Assembly (NCBI GenBank): GCA_048128005.1 | Contig: JBEUKZ010000071.1 | Span: 248,001 to 312,000 of the forward strand | Length of the DNA stretch: 64,000 nucleotides | Reading direction: 5' to 3' | DNA from: Veleropilina oligotropha | Lineage: Eukaryota | Part shown: positions 19,961 through 33,668 of the stretch, piece after piece | How the letters are laid out: each line of letters begins with the position of its first letter | Numbering within the stretch: the first letter of the stretch is position 1 | Position numbers and translations under genes: made by a program | Notes under the pieces: model-generated | What the model saw: the letters and a program-made list of their open reading frames with translations, nothing else | Databases searched by the model: none | What the model was told of the DNA's origin: nothing

Positions 19961-20993
19961 AGGCTGAGGTTACATAAGATGTCATTTGTCATTTGTCATG
20001 TGTTACTGGTCACTCGTCACCAGTCACGCATGACATGAAGATTGAACAATTCAATTCCAATGTACCAGTTACATAGGATGTCACGCTGTGTCATCTTTCA
20101 CGTTTCACTGGTCACCAGTGACAAGGCCGTGACTTTGGTATCGAACTTGCTCGTTCTTTGTGACATGACATCCATTGAAGTGGGTCCAACGTTGACTCTG
20201 ATCCAAATAGTAAGTATGCATTTACCATGTTTACAATATATATTTGACAGTTCCCAACAAAATTGCATCTTTTATTGGTAGAAACCATTTTCAAATAAAG
20301 TTTTGTTCCTTGAGATTATATTTTAAAAGGAGTATTTTATGTGGGAAGCGGCAAACTATCTCATGCATCCTGAACAATTCAAACTGTAAATTAGACTTGA
20401 TCATTAAATTCAAGGGAATTATCAAATGCACCATAATAAAAAATATTTCCTCAGAAGCAGTGGATTTATTGCCTGACACTCCCTCAAATCATCAGCTTCG
20501 CTAATAAGGTCAGATTGGTGAGATAATGTGTTACATTGTATCAGGTCTATAACTAAGAAAAACCACTTATTATTGATTTTTATTTATCTGCAATTTAATA
20601 TACTGTTTGTTTGTATCCTTCAAATGCAAACAGTGGGTACGCTCATTATTTGGGACAGTATTTGTTATTATTATCGAAAGCTTCGTAGTCGAAAGAGAAA
20701 CTGTAATAACTGACCATTATGAAAAGGGAAGTGAAGTCACAACACAACTGTGCCTAAATTAAAAGGTATAGGAACAAAAATATTGTTTCAGGATATAAAT
20801 TCAAAATTTAATAATTTTAATAATTAATGGGGGTTTCTTTCATCATAATGTCAGTGTCCATGATTGTCACTTGAAATCTTAAGAGTGACAAATGAATGTG
20901 ACCTCTTAATGTGAACTGTCCTAAAAAATACCAGTGACATGTGACACATGAAAAGTTACATGTGACAAATGACATCCTATGTAACCTCAGCCT
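19961..20993. mobile_element. MITE, PIF/Harbinger-like
   Basis: ~31-bp TIR aggctgaggttacatargatgtcatttgtca flanked by ta on both sides (taaggc...gcctta). Confidence 0.8.
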
Positions 20994-21053
20994 TAGGAGA
21001 GCCAATAATTCTGGGATTGACCCATAGTTGTCACAGAAACTCTTGTACGAGAA

Positions 21054-21295
21054 GTGACGACACACCAGGAACATGATGCCACTGTTGTCATCACTAATGA
21101 TCAGTGACGACACACCAGGAACATGATGCCACTGTTGTCATCACTAATGATCAGTGACAACACACCAGGAACATGATGCCACTGTTGTCATCACTAATCA
21201 GTGATACCAGGAACATGATGCCACTGTTGTCATCACTAATCAGTGATACCAGGAACATGATGCCACTGTTGTCATCACTAATCAGTGATACCAGG
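21054..21295. repeat. ~43-51-bp tandem repeat, 5 copies
   Basis: accaggaacatgatgccactgttgtcatcactaat(g)atcagtga repeated. Confidence 0.92.
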
Positions 21296-21347
21296 CAGAT
21301 CAGAAACATGGTATCCTCTAATATAATGTGTAGATAAAAAACTAATT

Positions 21348-21928
21348 ACAGTATAATTAAATACAGTATGCAAGCCAATATTATCAGTACAGTATAATTA
21401 AATACGCAATCCAATATTATCAGTACAGTATAATTATATAGGCAAGCCAATATTATCAGTACAGTATAATTAAATACGCAAGCCAATATTATCAGTACAG
21501 TATGATTAAATATGCAAGCCAATATTATCAGTACAGTATAATTAAATACGCAAGCCAATATTATCAGTACAGTATAATTAAATACGCAGGCCAATATTAT
21601 CAGTACAGTATAATTATATAGGCAAGCCAATATTATCAGTACAGTATGATTAAATATGCAGGCCAATATTATCAGTACAGTATAATTATATAGGCAAGCC
21701 AATATTATCAGTACAGTATAATTAAATACGCAGGCCAATATTATCAGTACAGTATAATTAAATACGCAGGCCAATATTATCAGTACAGTATAATTAAATA
21801 CGCAGGCCAATATTATCAGTACAGTATAATTAAATACGCAGGCCAATATTATCAGTACAGTATGATTAAATACGCAGGCCAATATTATCAGTACAGTATG
21901 ATTAAATACGCAGGCCAATATTATCAGT
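21348..21928. repeat. 36-bp minisatellite
   Basis: atcagtacagtataattaaatacgcaggccaatatt, ~16 copies. Confidence 0.95.
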
Positions 21929-22190
21929 GAGAAGCAGTGGGGCTATTATCAGTGAGAAGCAGTGGGGCTATTATCAGTGAGAAGCAGTGGGGCTATTATC
22001 AGTAAGAAGCAGTGGGGCTATTATCAGTAAGAAGCAGTGGGGCTATTATCAGTGAGAAGCAGTGGGGCTATTATCAGTAAGAAGCAGTGGGGCTATTATC
22101 AGTGAGAAGCAGTGGGGCTATTATCAGTGAGAAGCAGTGGGGCTATTATCAGTAAGAAGCAGTGGGGCTATTATCAGTGAGGGCTATTAT
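21919..22190. repeat. 25-bp minisatellite
   Basis: tattatcagtgagaagcagtggggc, ~10 copies. Confidence 0.95.
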
Positions 22191-22307
22191 TTGTTCATTG
22201 ATTCTTTAACTTATTATAACAATTTTAATGAAACATGGAAGCATGCATGATTTTTATATCTTTCTATTTTCTGATATTGTTGTTATATATTATTTAGTTG
22301 ATTTTAG

Positions 22308-22417
22308 GAACAGTGGCATTTGCATTGATAACACCAGGATATACCAATGACTATAGGAGATTGGACAAAGCACTGTCGTTGCCATGGAAATCTGATCTCT
22401 TTAAAGGAGTTATCAAG
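22308..22417 (+). CDS. FBXO15: FBXO15-like exon (TVAFALITPGYTNDYRRLDKALSLPWKSDLFKGVIK)
   Basis: ttttag|...aag|gtgggt; LPWKSDLFKG resembles the FBXO15 LSWKTDIFDG segment. Confidence 0.8.
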
Positions 22418-22556
22418 GTGGGTAAGATGCAGAAAGATCGTTCGGTTGCTTTGACGGTACCAGCATTCAGGGATTTTCCTTCTGTATTTTCAATTTTTTA
22501 TTTTATTTTATTTGAATTGAAGTTTATTGTCCATCAAGACAGTCTGGGCCTGAGAC

Positions 22557-24016
22557 CCATATTAGTGCGGTCCATATATGGATATGAGCCATATTAGTAC
22601 AGTCCATATATGGATATGAGCCATATTAGTGCAGTCCATATATGGATATGAGCCATATTAGTGCAGTCCATATATGGATATGAGCCATATTAATGCAGTC
22701 CATATATGGATATGAGCCATATTAGTGCAGTCCATATATGGATATGAGCCATATTAGTGTGGTATATGGGACGACCATTGTGAACCTGTGTCCATATATG
22801 GATATGAGCCATATTAGTGTGGTATATGGGACGACCATTGTGAACTTCTGTCCATTTATGGATATGAGCCATATTAGTGTGGTATATGGGACAACCATTG
22901 TGAACCTCTGTCCATATATGGATATGAGCCATATTAGTGTGGTATATGGGGCAACCATTGTGAACCTCTGTCCATATATGGATATGAGCCATATTAGTGT
23001 GGTATATGGGACGACCGTTGTGAACCTCTGTCCATATATGGATATGAGCCATATTAGTGCCGTCCATATATGGATATGAGCCATATTAGTGCAGTCCATA
23101 TATGGATATGTGCCATATTAGTGTGGTATATGGGACGACCGTTGTGAACCTCTTTCCATATATGGATATGAGCCATATTAGTGTGGTATATGGGATGACC
23201 GTTGTGAACCTCTGTCCATATATGGATATGAGCCATATTAGTGTGGTATATGGGGCAACCGTTGTGAACCTCTGTCCATATATGGATATGAGCCATATTA
23301 GTGTGGTATATGGGACGACCGTTGTGAACCTCTGTCCATATATGGATATGAGCCATATTAGTGCAGTCCATATATGGATATGAGCCATATTAGTGTGATA
23401 TATGGGATGACCGTTATGAACCTGTGTCCATATATGGATATGAGCCATATTAGTGTGATATATGGGACGACTGTTGTGAACCTGTGTCCATATATGGATA
23501 TGAGCCATATTAGTACAGTATATGGGACGACCGTTGTGAACCTCTGTCCATATATGGATATGAGCCATATTAGTGTGGTATATGGGGCAACCGTTGTGAA
23601 CCTCTGTCCATATATGGATATGAGCCATATTAGTCTGGTTTATGGGACGACTGTTGTGAACCTCTGTCCATATATGGATATGAGCCATATTAGTGTGGTA
23701 TATGGGACGACCTTTGTGAACGTCTGTCCATATATGGATATGAGCCATATTAGTGTGGTATATGGGCAGACCGTTATGAACCTCTGTCCATATATGGATA
23801 TGAGCCATATTAGTGTGGTATATGGGATGACCGTTATGAACCTGTGTCCATATATGGATATGAGCCGTATTAGTCTGGTATATGGGACGACTGTTGTGAA
23901 CCTCTGTCCATATATGGATATGAGCCATATTAGTGTGATATATGGGATGACCGTTGTGAACCTGTGTCCATATATGGATATGTGCCATATTAGTGCAGTA
24001 TATTAGTGTGGTATAT
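22557..24016. repeat. 32/60-bp compound minisatellite with palindromic core tccatatatgga (left arm)
   Basis: 60-bp period visible between consecutive sequence lines; interspersed 32-bp short units. Confidence 0.95.
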
Positions 24017-26553
24017 CAACATGGAAATGTTAAAAACGGACTTTGTCGATTCAGATCTGGCGGAAAGAATTTCGGTTTTGACTGACCTTGACAGTGAAGT
24101 TACACTTTTCAACTCTGTTCTCAAAGAAATGTTGGACAAACATGCTCCTCTTACTACAAGAAGTATCATCGTCAGATCTGATACAAGCTGGTATACTAAG
24201 GACATGCAATCTGTCAAACTGACGAGGAGAAAAGCTGAGAAACTGTGGAAGAAAACTGGCCTGGAGATTCACCGCCAGCTATACAAGAAATTAAGAAACG
24301 AGTACAACTGGCTCGTAAAAGACACACGAGGAGGAGGAGGAATGATGCTTAATGTCCTGTATATTTACAACATCGAGGTTCAAGGCAGGACATGTCCGTG
24401 TTATCGCGGGAGGAAACCCCGGTCGCCCGGGTAAACCCGCCCTCTTCGGCCAGTCACGGACAACTGTGATTCATAACTTGAACAAATTTCAATGCCTTAG
24501 CCAGGTATTGAACCCACTACTGTTCGCATTAGCGGAATCAAGCCAGTGAATTTAGAGTGGACACTCTACCCACTGCGCTGCCGAAGCGGCCAAAGACACA
24601 CGAACAAGCCATATCAACTCACGGCTTGAGCAATGTCAGCATGACTCTAAGGCGATGTACAGGACAATAAATAGTATGCTAAAGACATCTTCAGGAGACA
24701 TTCTCCCTAATCACGAAGATAATTCTCAAATGGCAGAATCTTTCTCAACCTTTTTTAGCCTAAAAATTGAAAATATCAGAAGTGACATCGAATGTTCAGC
24801 GATAACACGAATCTCTGATGATCCTCCGTACATTATTAACACCGCCAATATCAACACATTCCAATATATTTCAGAAGAAGACTTGTCAAAGATCATACTG
24901 AAGTTGCCATCAAAGTCTTGTCAGCTGAATCCAGTACCCACTTGGATTCTGAATCATATCTTGGATTGTGTAATATCGCCTATAACAACCATCATTAATG
25001 ATTCAATCTCCACAGCAAAAGTTCCAGAATGTTTCAAGACTGCTCATATAAGACCCATTATTAAGAAACCGTCTCTTGATCCCAATGTGATGAAAAACTA
25101 CAGACCGGTGTCAAACTTGCCCTTCTTATCTAAAGTTCTTGAGAATGTGGTGGCCTGTCAACTGCGGAGACATCTTGAAGAAAATGACCTTCAACAACAT
25201 TTTCAGTCAGCATACGAAAGTTTCACAGTACTGAGACAGCCTTAATGCAGATTCAAAATGAGATCCTGTCAGCCATGGACAAGCAAGAAGTTGTTATACT
25301 TGTTCTCTTGGATCTGTCAGCCGCATTTGACACAATTGACCATGCCATACTTCCAGAACGGCTAAGAACGTGTTTTGGTATCTCCGGCACAGTCTTAGCG
25401 TGGGTGAAAAATTATCTGCTTTTTCAATCTCAGTGTGTGACCATCGGCAACTCACCTTCCAATCCAAGTCATCTGTCGTATGGAGTCCCTCAAGGGCCCG
25501 TACTTGGGCCACTCCTCTTCACCATGTACATGATTCCCCTTGGAGACATATTTCGTCACAACAATATACCATTCCACGGATATGCTGATGATACCCAGAG
25601 CCTCATCGCTGCCAGAACTAGTTGTATAACAACAGAAATCAACCGATTGGAACAATGCAGAAATGAAATGCGCACCTGGATGAAAATAAACTTTTTAAAG
25701 TTAAATTAGGATAAAACTCTCGCTGGATCCAATCAACAACTCCAGAAGATATCAAATTCCACAGTCATGTGCAAAATCGGAGAGGTTCCAGTCATGTCCT
25801 CTCCACAAGTAAAGAATCTTAGAGTTATATTTGACTCTAAAATGTCAATGAAACAGCAAGTAACAGCAGTATGCAAAACAGCTCATTTTCATCTGTATAA
25901 AATCGGAAAACTTCATCGATATCTCTCTGAAAAAAGCACCAAGAAGCTTGTACAATCACTTGTTATTTCTCGACTCGATTATTGTAACTCTCTCCTATAC
26001 GGAATTCCATCATCATCACTTCACAAACTTCAGCTTCTACAAAATACTGCAGCCAGAATCGTTTCCAGGATGCCCAAGCAACATCATATAACACCAGTTC
26101 TCATACAACTTCATTGGCTCCCGGTTTACAGCAGGATAGTTTTCAAGATTTTCTATCACGTATCTTTGCCTCACCATGGATTCAGCACCTTCATATCTAA
26201 AAGCCCTAGTTCAGCCTCATAAACCAAACAGAGAGTTGCGTTCCCAAGACAAAGACCTTCTTCAGAAGCCTCAATGCAAAACAGCTATGGGTGAAAGCAG
26301 CTTCAAATGTGCAGCGGCAATTCTGTGGAACTCCCTTCCAGGCAACATCAAACTGTCAGAAACACCAGCATCATTTCGGAGAAATCTGAAAACCCACCTG
26401 TTCAAAAATGCTTATGACATCGTGTAGCAGTAAAGTGAAAGTGAAGAGTGTTGTATATATAATCATGTGTATATGCTTATGTGAAGCGCTTGTGAACAGA
26501 CGAACTGTAACCTTCAGCGCTATCTAAATGGACTAGCATAGAATATAATAGAA
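24017..26553 (+). mobile_element. Degenerate 5'-truncated L2-group LINE inserted in the minisatellite
   Basis: Fragments NYRPVSNLPFLSK, LLDLSAAFDTIDH, GVPQGPVLGP, YADD, SRLDYCNS, LHWLP, LKTHLF across frameshifts and stops; 3' aagcgct...agcgctat tail. Confidence 0.92.
24330..24591 (-). mobile_element. tRNA-derived SINE (V-domain-like core), full length
   Basis: Minus strand: A-box-like GGCAGCGCAGTGG, B-box GGTTCAATACC, core GGGTTTACCCGGGCGACCGGGGTTTCCTCCC, (CCT)n tail; 12-bp TSD aaagacacacga. Confidence 0.9.
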
Positions 26554-26806
26554 TATATGGGATGACCGTTGTGAACCTCTGTCCATATATGGATATGAGC
26601 CATTATTAGGGCAGTATATGGGACGCCCGTTGTGAACCTCTGTCCATATAAGGATATGAGCCATATTAGTGTGGTATATGAGATGACCATTGTGAACCTC
26701 TGTCCATATATGGATATGAGCCATATTAGTGTGGTATATGGGACGACCGTTGTGAACCTGTGTCCATATATGGATATGAGCCATATTAGTGTGGTATATG
26801 GGACGA
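26554..26806. repeat. 60-bp minisatellite (right arm, resumes after LINE)
   Basis: Same unit as 22557-24016. Confidence 0.93.
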
Positions 26807-26937
26807 TTCTCCTGCCACATAGAGCGCTACGTCATAAACCGTCATTACGTGACCAAGGTCCGCAGTAGACGGACGAAATGTTGTAATCGTTTATACATAT
26901 TTTTGTTTCAAATTAAGTCGATCTATATTTACTAATT

Positions 26938-27722
26938 ATTATCCACGTCTCTAATGTAGCCATCTGAAAGCACTTGCTTGATTACGATAATATCGGCTGG
27001 GGCAATAACATTATCCACGTCTCTAATGTAGCCATCTGAAAGCACTTGCTTGATTACGATAATATCGGCTGGGGCAATAACATATCCACGTCTCTAATGT
27101 AGCCATCTGAAAGCACTTGCTTGATTACGATAATATCGGCTGGGGCAATAACATATCCACGTCTCTAATGTAGCCATCTGAGAGCACTTGCTTGATTACG
27201 ATAATATCGGCTGGGGCAATAACATATCCACGTCTCTAATGTAGCCATCTGAAAGCACTTGCTTGATTACGATAATATCGGCTGGGGCAATAACATATCC
27301 ACGTCTCTAATGTAGCCATCTGAAAGCACTTGCTTGATTACGATAATATCGGCTGGGGCAATAACATTATCCACGTCTCTAATGTAGCCATCTGAGAGCA
27401 CCTGCTTGATTACGATAATATCGGCTGGGGCAATAACATATCCACGTCTCTAATGTAGCCATCTGAAAGCACTTGCTTGATTACGATAATATCGGCTGGG
27501 GCAATAACATATCCACGTCTCTAATGTAGCCATCTGAGAGCACTTGCTTGATTACGATAATATCGGCTGGGGCAATAACATATCCACGTCTCTAATGTAG
27601 CCATCTGAAAGCACTTGCTTGATTACGATAATATCGGCTGGGGCAATAACATATCCACGTCTCTAATGTAGCCATTTGAAAGCACTTGCTGGATTACGAT
27701 AATATCGGCTGGGGCAATAACA
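26938..27722. repeat. 71-bp tandem repeat, ~11 copies
   Basis: tatccacgtctctaatgtagccatctgaaagcacttgcttgattacgataatatcggctggggcaataaca head-to-tail. Confidence 0.96.
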
Positions 27723-27759
27723 TTCTTTGTTCAGCTATCAAACGCAATTGCCCGTAATT

Positions 27760-27905
27760 GGCCGAGGAGAGTGGATTTTCTCCGGTAATTGGCCGAGGAG
27801 AGTGGATTTTCTCCGGGCGACCAGGCTTTCCTCACGCGATAATATGGACATGTATGTCCTGTCTTGAATCTAGGTTGTAAATATACAGGATACTAAGCAT
27901 CGATT
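27760..27905 (+). mobile_element. 3' fragment of the V-like SINE family
   Basis: ccgggcgaccaggctttcctcacgcgataatatggacatg...aatatacagga..taagcatc matches the 24330-24591 SINE. Confidence 0.7.
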
Positions 27906-27929
27906 GTAATAATATTTGTTTCTTCCTAG

Positions 27930-27991
27930 GATTTGTGCATTCTTGATTTGACATTATTAGATGAACGCAAAAATCCTTTCTGGTGTGTCAG
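27930..27991 (+). CDS. FBXO15: FBXO15-like exon (DLCILDLTLLDERKNPFWCVS)
   Basis: ttcctag|...ag|gtaaga; matches the FBXO15 DVTLLDEHGKPFWCFS segment. Confidence 0.85.
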
Positions 27992-28186
27992 GTAAGATGA
28001 TTTTTGTGGACGAACGTTGTTGGTTTAGATGCATATTGTGGGCCAGTTGACTGATCCTGTGAGCCCTTAATTTAGTCAAGCGCTGTTACCTCCTTGTCTG
28101 TAGAGCCATTGGTATCTCTATTTATTAAAGCATGTTAAATTTTAAGCACTTCGATTAATATATAATTATTATTACTTAAATATACG

Positions 28187-29514
28187 TTTTTTATCCCCCT
28201 GGTTTCCAATGGGGGGATCTTGCGATCGCCCAGTCTGTCCGTCCGTCTGTCTGTCCAACTGTCCATCTATATGTAATCGATATCGTTTCTGGAGCATATC
28301 TCTTACAACGCTTCACATATTGATAACTTTACGATACTTGCAGGGTGTATTAAGTAGTCGGTCAACTGGTGCCTTTTGCCAGTTGTGACGTTGAGCGGCG
28401 ATTATTAACAGAGTTACTGCCCTTGTTGTAAATTCGCTAATGTTATGTTTTACAGACTGTATCTCATGCACCGTTCAACATAACTTTACGATACTTGCAA
28501 GATGTATTAAGTAGTTGGTCAACTGGTGCCTTTTGCCAGTTTCGATGTTGACCGTCGATTATTAACAGAGTTACTATCCTTGTAAATTCGCTAATGTTAT
28601 CTTTTCCGGACCATATCTCATACACCACTCAACATAGCTTTACGATACTTGCAGGGTGTATTAAGTAGTCGGTGAACTGGTGCCTTTTGCCAGTTTTGAC
28701 GTTGAGCGGCGATTATTAACAGAGTTACTGCCCTTGTTGTAAATTCGCTAATGTTATGTTTTCTAGATTGTATCTCAGGCACCGCTCAACATAACCTTAC
28801 GATACTTGCAGGGTGTATTAAGTAGTTGGTGAACTGGTGCCTTTTTCCACTTTCGATGTTGATCGGCAATTATTAACAGAGTTACTGCCCTTGTTGTAAA
28901 TTCGCTAATGTTATCTTTTCCGGACCATATCTCATACACCACTCAACATAATTTACGATACTTGCGGGGTGTATTAAGTAGTTGGTGAACTGGTGCCTTT
29001 TGCCACTTTCGACATTGATCGGCAATTATTAACAGAGTTACTGCCCTTGTTGTAAATTCGCTAATGTTATCTTTTCCAGACCGTATCTCATACACCGCTC
29101 AACATAACTTTACGAAACTTGCTGGGTGCATTAAGTAGTTGGTGAACTGGTGTATTTTGCTATTTGCAATGCTGTGCAGCGATTAATATCAGACTTAATG
29201 CCCTTGTTGTAAATTTGTTAATGCTCTCTTTTCCGGAGCACATCTCATAAACTGATTGGCATATCTTTATGAAATTTGGTGGGTGTATTAATTCAGTAGT
29301 CAGTGAACTGGTGCCTTTTGTTAATTTTGACGTTGTGTGGCATTTTATAACAGAGTTATTGCCCTTGTTGTAAATTCGTTAATGTTTCCTTTGGAATTAA
29401 CCATTGCAGGGATATTGATGGCTCTGTCTTCTCGCTTACACTTAAAAGCAGGGATGTAGTGTTAAAATTAACGTTCAACCGGGGGGATACGTCTTCTCCT
29501 GATGACTCTTGTTT
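28187..29514 (+). mobile_element. HINE C with ~157-bp internal tandem repeats
   Basis: subTIR tatccccctggtt / aaccggggggata, (gtcy)n microsatellite, 3' gtc..gac hairpin + tcttgttt. Confidence 0.85.
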
Positions 29515-30001
29515 GAAATTAAAGTTTAACTGAATATTTATCAATTTTCCAAAGTAAGGCTTTAATTTTGTCACTTTAGGTCTAAATTAGAAAAGTGATA
29601 TTTGCCAAGTTACAAGTAAAGTTAATGACAATATCCAGAGGTTTTTCGTATACAGTCGCTATTATAAAGTAAAAGCAAACAGACGAAGTCAAAGATGACC
29701 CTGGCTCTGCTAGATATTATGTTTTGTTAAATATAATAGACTGAATTGCAAAAGGCGCATCAAGGGCATCTGACAGTGTGAAATATACTGGTACTTCTAG
29801 TGTATAGAAAGTTTCATGCAGAAATTCCAAGGGTTTTTCATATTCTGCTCTGGAAACAAAAGAAATGTACAAATTTCAGTGGAAATATAATTAAGATATA
29901 ATATATAAGATATAATTAAAATATAATAACAGAATCTGTTTTATCAACATATCTTAATCATGCATAAAAAGTATCATAATAATTGATTCCAATCTTTACA
30001 G

Positions 30002-30036
30002 CTCTCCAGTGACGATTTGTAAAACCAGTGGTCGAA
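30002..30036 (+). CDS. FBXO15: FBXO15-like 35-nt exon (SPVTICKTSGR)
   Basis: tttacag|...|gtaagt; bridges phase 2 to phase 1 and gives FWCVSSPV as in FBXO15. Confidence 0.8.
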
Positions 30037-30412
30037 GTAAGTTTATGCATAAAAGTCATAAAGCAAACAAAGTGTCATTAAGAAAACAATGCGTCATTGA
30101 GATCCTGCTTCAAAATGAAATTTGAAGCATGAGGTCAGCATTTTGAAAATGAATTTTAGGGGATAGATGGTAATACCCTGCATCGATAAATGCTTGATAC
30201 CCTTCTAGGATGTGGGCAACTGGGTATTCAGCACATATTTGGATGTTTTATGACCGCATTTTAACAATCTATCAGTCGTATGGTATTCAGTATAACGTCT
30301 CTTTCGGATGCTTTTATTTGGAATTGATTATAATACAATCAGTTTAGCTTCACAACCACGCAGTCACGTTAATGTTTTTATCCAATAGATGGATACCGTA
30401 TGTAAACCAGGA

Positions 30413-30625
30413 AAGGATCGATGATTAATGTTCTGTATATTTCCATATTATCGCGGGAAGAAAGCCCGGTCGCGTGGGGGAAACACGCCCTCTCAGACCA
30501 CTTACGGACAACTGTGATTCATAAGTTTGAACAATTAATGTCATATCCCAAGCGAGATTCAAACCTACTACTACTGTTCGTGTTAGCAGAATCAAGCCAA
30601 GTCCGCAATTGAAACCACAAGACTG
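30413..30625 (-). mobile_element. Diverged partial copy of the V-like SINE
   Basis: ttatcgcgggaagaaagcccggtcgc, acggacaactgtgattcataa and ctactgttcg shared with 24330-24591. Confidence 0.75.
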
Positions 30626-30772
30626 TCGTGTGTGCAAAACAGACGTGTACCTGTGAAAAAGTCTTCGCAAGAGAATTAAACTCCGGTAGCTAGCATCATG
30701 GAAGAACTCTATATATGTATATTGTATTGGTCTACAAGCTTATTAAAGGTCTACTTTTCTGTTTCACCGCAG

Positions 30773-30858
30773 GTCTGAATTTTGAATTTGGGATTGATGT
30801 CAGTTATTTGATCGTACACGTTGATGACATTGGTAGAGTAGAAATCGACATCATCAAG
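30773..30858 (+). CDS. FBXO15: FBXO15-like exon (LNFEFGIDVSYLIVHVDDIGRVEIDIIK)
   Basis: ccgcag|...aag|gtgagc; VDDIGRV resembles FBXO15 VDAEGRV. Confidence 0.8.
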
Positions 30859-30864
30859 GTGAGC

Positions 30865-33668
30865 GCTGCAAGTGTACTAACAGGGGCTGCAAGTGTACTA
30901 ACAGGGGCTGCAAGTGTACTAACAGGGGCTGCAAGTGTATTAACAAGGGCTGCAAGTGTACTAACAGGGGCTGCAAGTGTACTAACAGGGGCTGCAAGTG
31001 TACTAACAGGGGCTGCATGTGTACTAACAGGGGCTGCACGTGTACTAACAGGGGCTGCACGTGTACTAATACGGGGCTGCAAGTGTACTAACAGGGGCTG
31101 CATGTGTACTAACAGGGGCTGCAAGTGTACTAACAGGGGCTGCAAGTGTACTAACAGGGGCTGCAAGTGTACTAACAGGGGCTGCAAGTGTACTAACAGG
31201 GGCTGCAAGTGTACTAACAGGGGCTGCAAGTGTACTAACAGGGGCTGCATGTGTACTAACAGGGGCTGCATGTGTACTAACAGGGGCTGCATGTGTACTA
31301 ACAGGGGCTGCAAGTGTACTAACAGGGGCTGCAAGTGTACTAACAGGGGCTGCAAGTGTACTAACAGGGGCTGCAAGTGTACTAACAGGGGCTGCAAGTG
31401 TATTAACAAGGGCTGCAAGTGTACTAACAGGGGCTGCAAGTGTACTAACAGGGGCTGCAAGTGTACTAACAGGGGCTGCATGTGTACTAACAGGGGCTGC
31501 ACGTGTACTAACAGGGGCTGCACGTGTACTAATACGGGGCTGCAAGTGTACTAACAGGGGCTGCATGTGTACTAACAGGGGCTGCAAGTGTACTAACAGG
31601 GGCTGCAAGTGTACTAACAGGGGCTGCAAGTGTACTAACAGGGGCTGCAAGTGTACTAACAGGGGCTGCAAGTGTACTAACAGGGGCTGCAAGTGTACTA
31701 ACAGGGGCTGCATGTGTACTAACAGGGGCTGCATGTGTACTAACAGGGGCTGCAAGTGTACTAACAGGGGCTGCAAGTGTACTAACAGGGGCTGCAAGTG
31801 TACTAACAGGGGCTGCAAGTGTACTAACATGGGCTGCAAGTGTACTAACAGGGGCTGCAAGTGTACTAACAGGGGCTGCAAGTGTACTAACAGGGGCTAC
31901 AAGTGTACTAACAGGGGCTGCAAGTGTACTAACAGGGGCTGCAAGTGTACTAACAGGGGCTGCAAGTGTACTAACAGGGGCTACAAGTGTACTAACAGGG
32001 GCTACAAGTGTACTAACAGGGGCTACAAGTGTACTAACATGGGCTGCAAGTGTACTAACATGGGCTGCAAGTGTACTAACATGGGCTGCAAGTGTACTAA
32101 CAGGGGCTGCAAGTGTACTCACATGGGCTGCAAGTGTACTCACAGGGGCTGCAAGTGTACTCACAGGGGCTGCAAGTGTACTAACAGGGGCTGCACGTGT
32201 ACTAACAGGGGTTGCACGTGTACTAATAGGGGGCTGCACGTGTACTAATAGGGGGCTGCATGTGTACTAACAGGGGTTGCACGTGTACTAACAGGGGCTG
32301 CACGTGTACTAATAGGGGGCTGCATGTGTACTAACAGGGGCTGCACGTGTACTAACAGGGGTTGCACGTGTACTAACAGGGGCTGCACGTGTACTAACAG
32401 GGGCTGCACGTGTACTAACAGGGACTGCATGTGTACTAACAGGGGCTGCACGTGTACTAATAGGGGCTGCATGTGTACTAACAGGGGCTGCACGTGTACT
32501 AACAGGGGTTGCACGTGTACTAACATGGGCTGCACGTGTACTAATAGGGGGCTGCATGTGTACTAACAGGGGCTGCATGTGTACTAACAGGGGTTGCACG
32601 TGTACTAACAGGGGCTGCACGTGTACTAACAGGGGCTGCACGTGTACTAACAGGGACTGCATGTGTACTAACAGGGGCTGCACGTGTACTAACAGGGGTT
32701 GCACGTGTACTAACAGGGGCTGCACGTGTACTAACAGGGGCTGCACGTGTACTAACAGGGGCTGCACATGTACTAACAGGGGCTGCACATGTACTAACAG
32801 GGGCTGCACATGTACTAACAGGGGCTGCACGTGTACTAACAGGGGCTGCACATGTACTAACAGGGGCTGCACGTGTACTAACAGGGGCTGCACGTGTACT
32901 AACAGGGGCTGCACATGTACTAACAGGGGGCTGCACGTGTGCTAACAGGGGCTGCAAGTGTGCTAACAGAGGGCTGCACATGTACTAACAGGGGGCTGCA
33001 TGTGTACTAACAGGGGCTGCACGTGTACTAACAGGGGCTGCACGTGTACTAACAGGGGCTGCATGTGTACTAACAGGGGGCTGCACATGTGCTAACAGGG
33101 GGCTGCAAGTGTACTAACAGGGGGCTGCAAGTGTGCTAACAGGGGGCTGCAAGTGTACTAACAGGGGCTGCAAGTGTACAAACAGGGGCTGCATGTGTAC
33201 TAACAGGGGGCTGCATGTGTACTAACAGGGGCTGCACGTTTACTAACAGGGGGTGCAAGTGTACTAACAGGGGGTGCAAGTGTACTAACAGGGGCTGCAA
33301 GTGTACTAACAGGGGGTGCAAGTGTACTAACAGGGGTTGCACATGTACTAACAGGGGCTGCAAGTGTACTAACAGGGGGTGCAAGTGTACTAACAGGGGT
33401 TGCACGTGTACTAACAGGGGGTGCAAGTGTACTAACATGGGCTGCAAGTGTACTAACATGGGCTGCACGTGTACTAACAGGGGCTGCATGTGTACTAACA
33501 GGGGGCTGCACGTGTACTAACAGGGGGCTGCAAGTGTACTAACAGGGGGTGCAAGTGTACTAACAGGGGCTGCAAGTGTACTAACAGGGGCTGCAAGTGT
33601 ACTAACAGGGGCTGCAAGTGACACTGTGTACTAACAGGGGCTGCAAGTGACACTGTACTAACAGGGGC
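30865..33668. repeat. 21-bp minisatellite, ~2.8 kb
   Basis: gctgcaagtgtactaacaggg with variant blocks (cat/cac, atgg, 5-G units). Confidence 0.98.

Noticed and set aside
26938..27722. CRISPR-like regular arrays (also 22557-24016, 49348-49638, 58581-60156)
   Set aside because: Head-to-tail repeats without unique spacers; no cas genes; eukaryotic context.
30715..33520. Cys-rich CTNRGCK and QPLLVH ORFs resembling metallothionein or antifreeze proteins
   Set aside because: Translations of the intronic 21-bp minisatellite; only 30773-30858 is a real exon.
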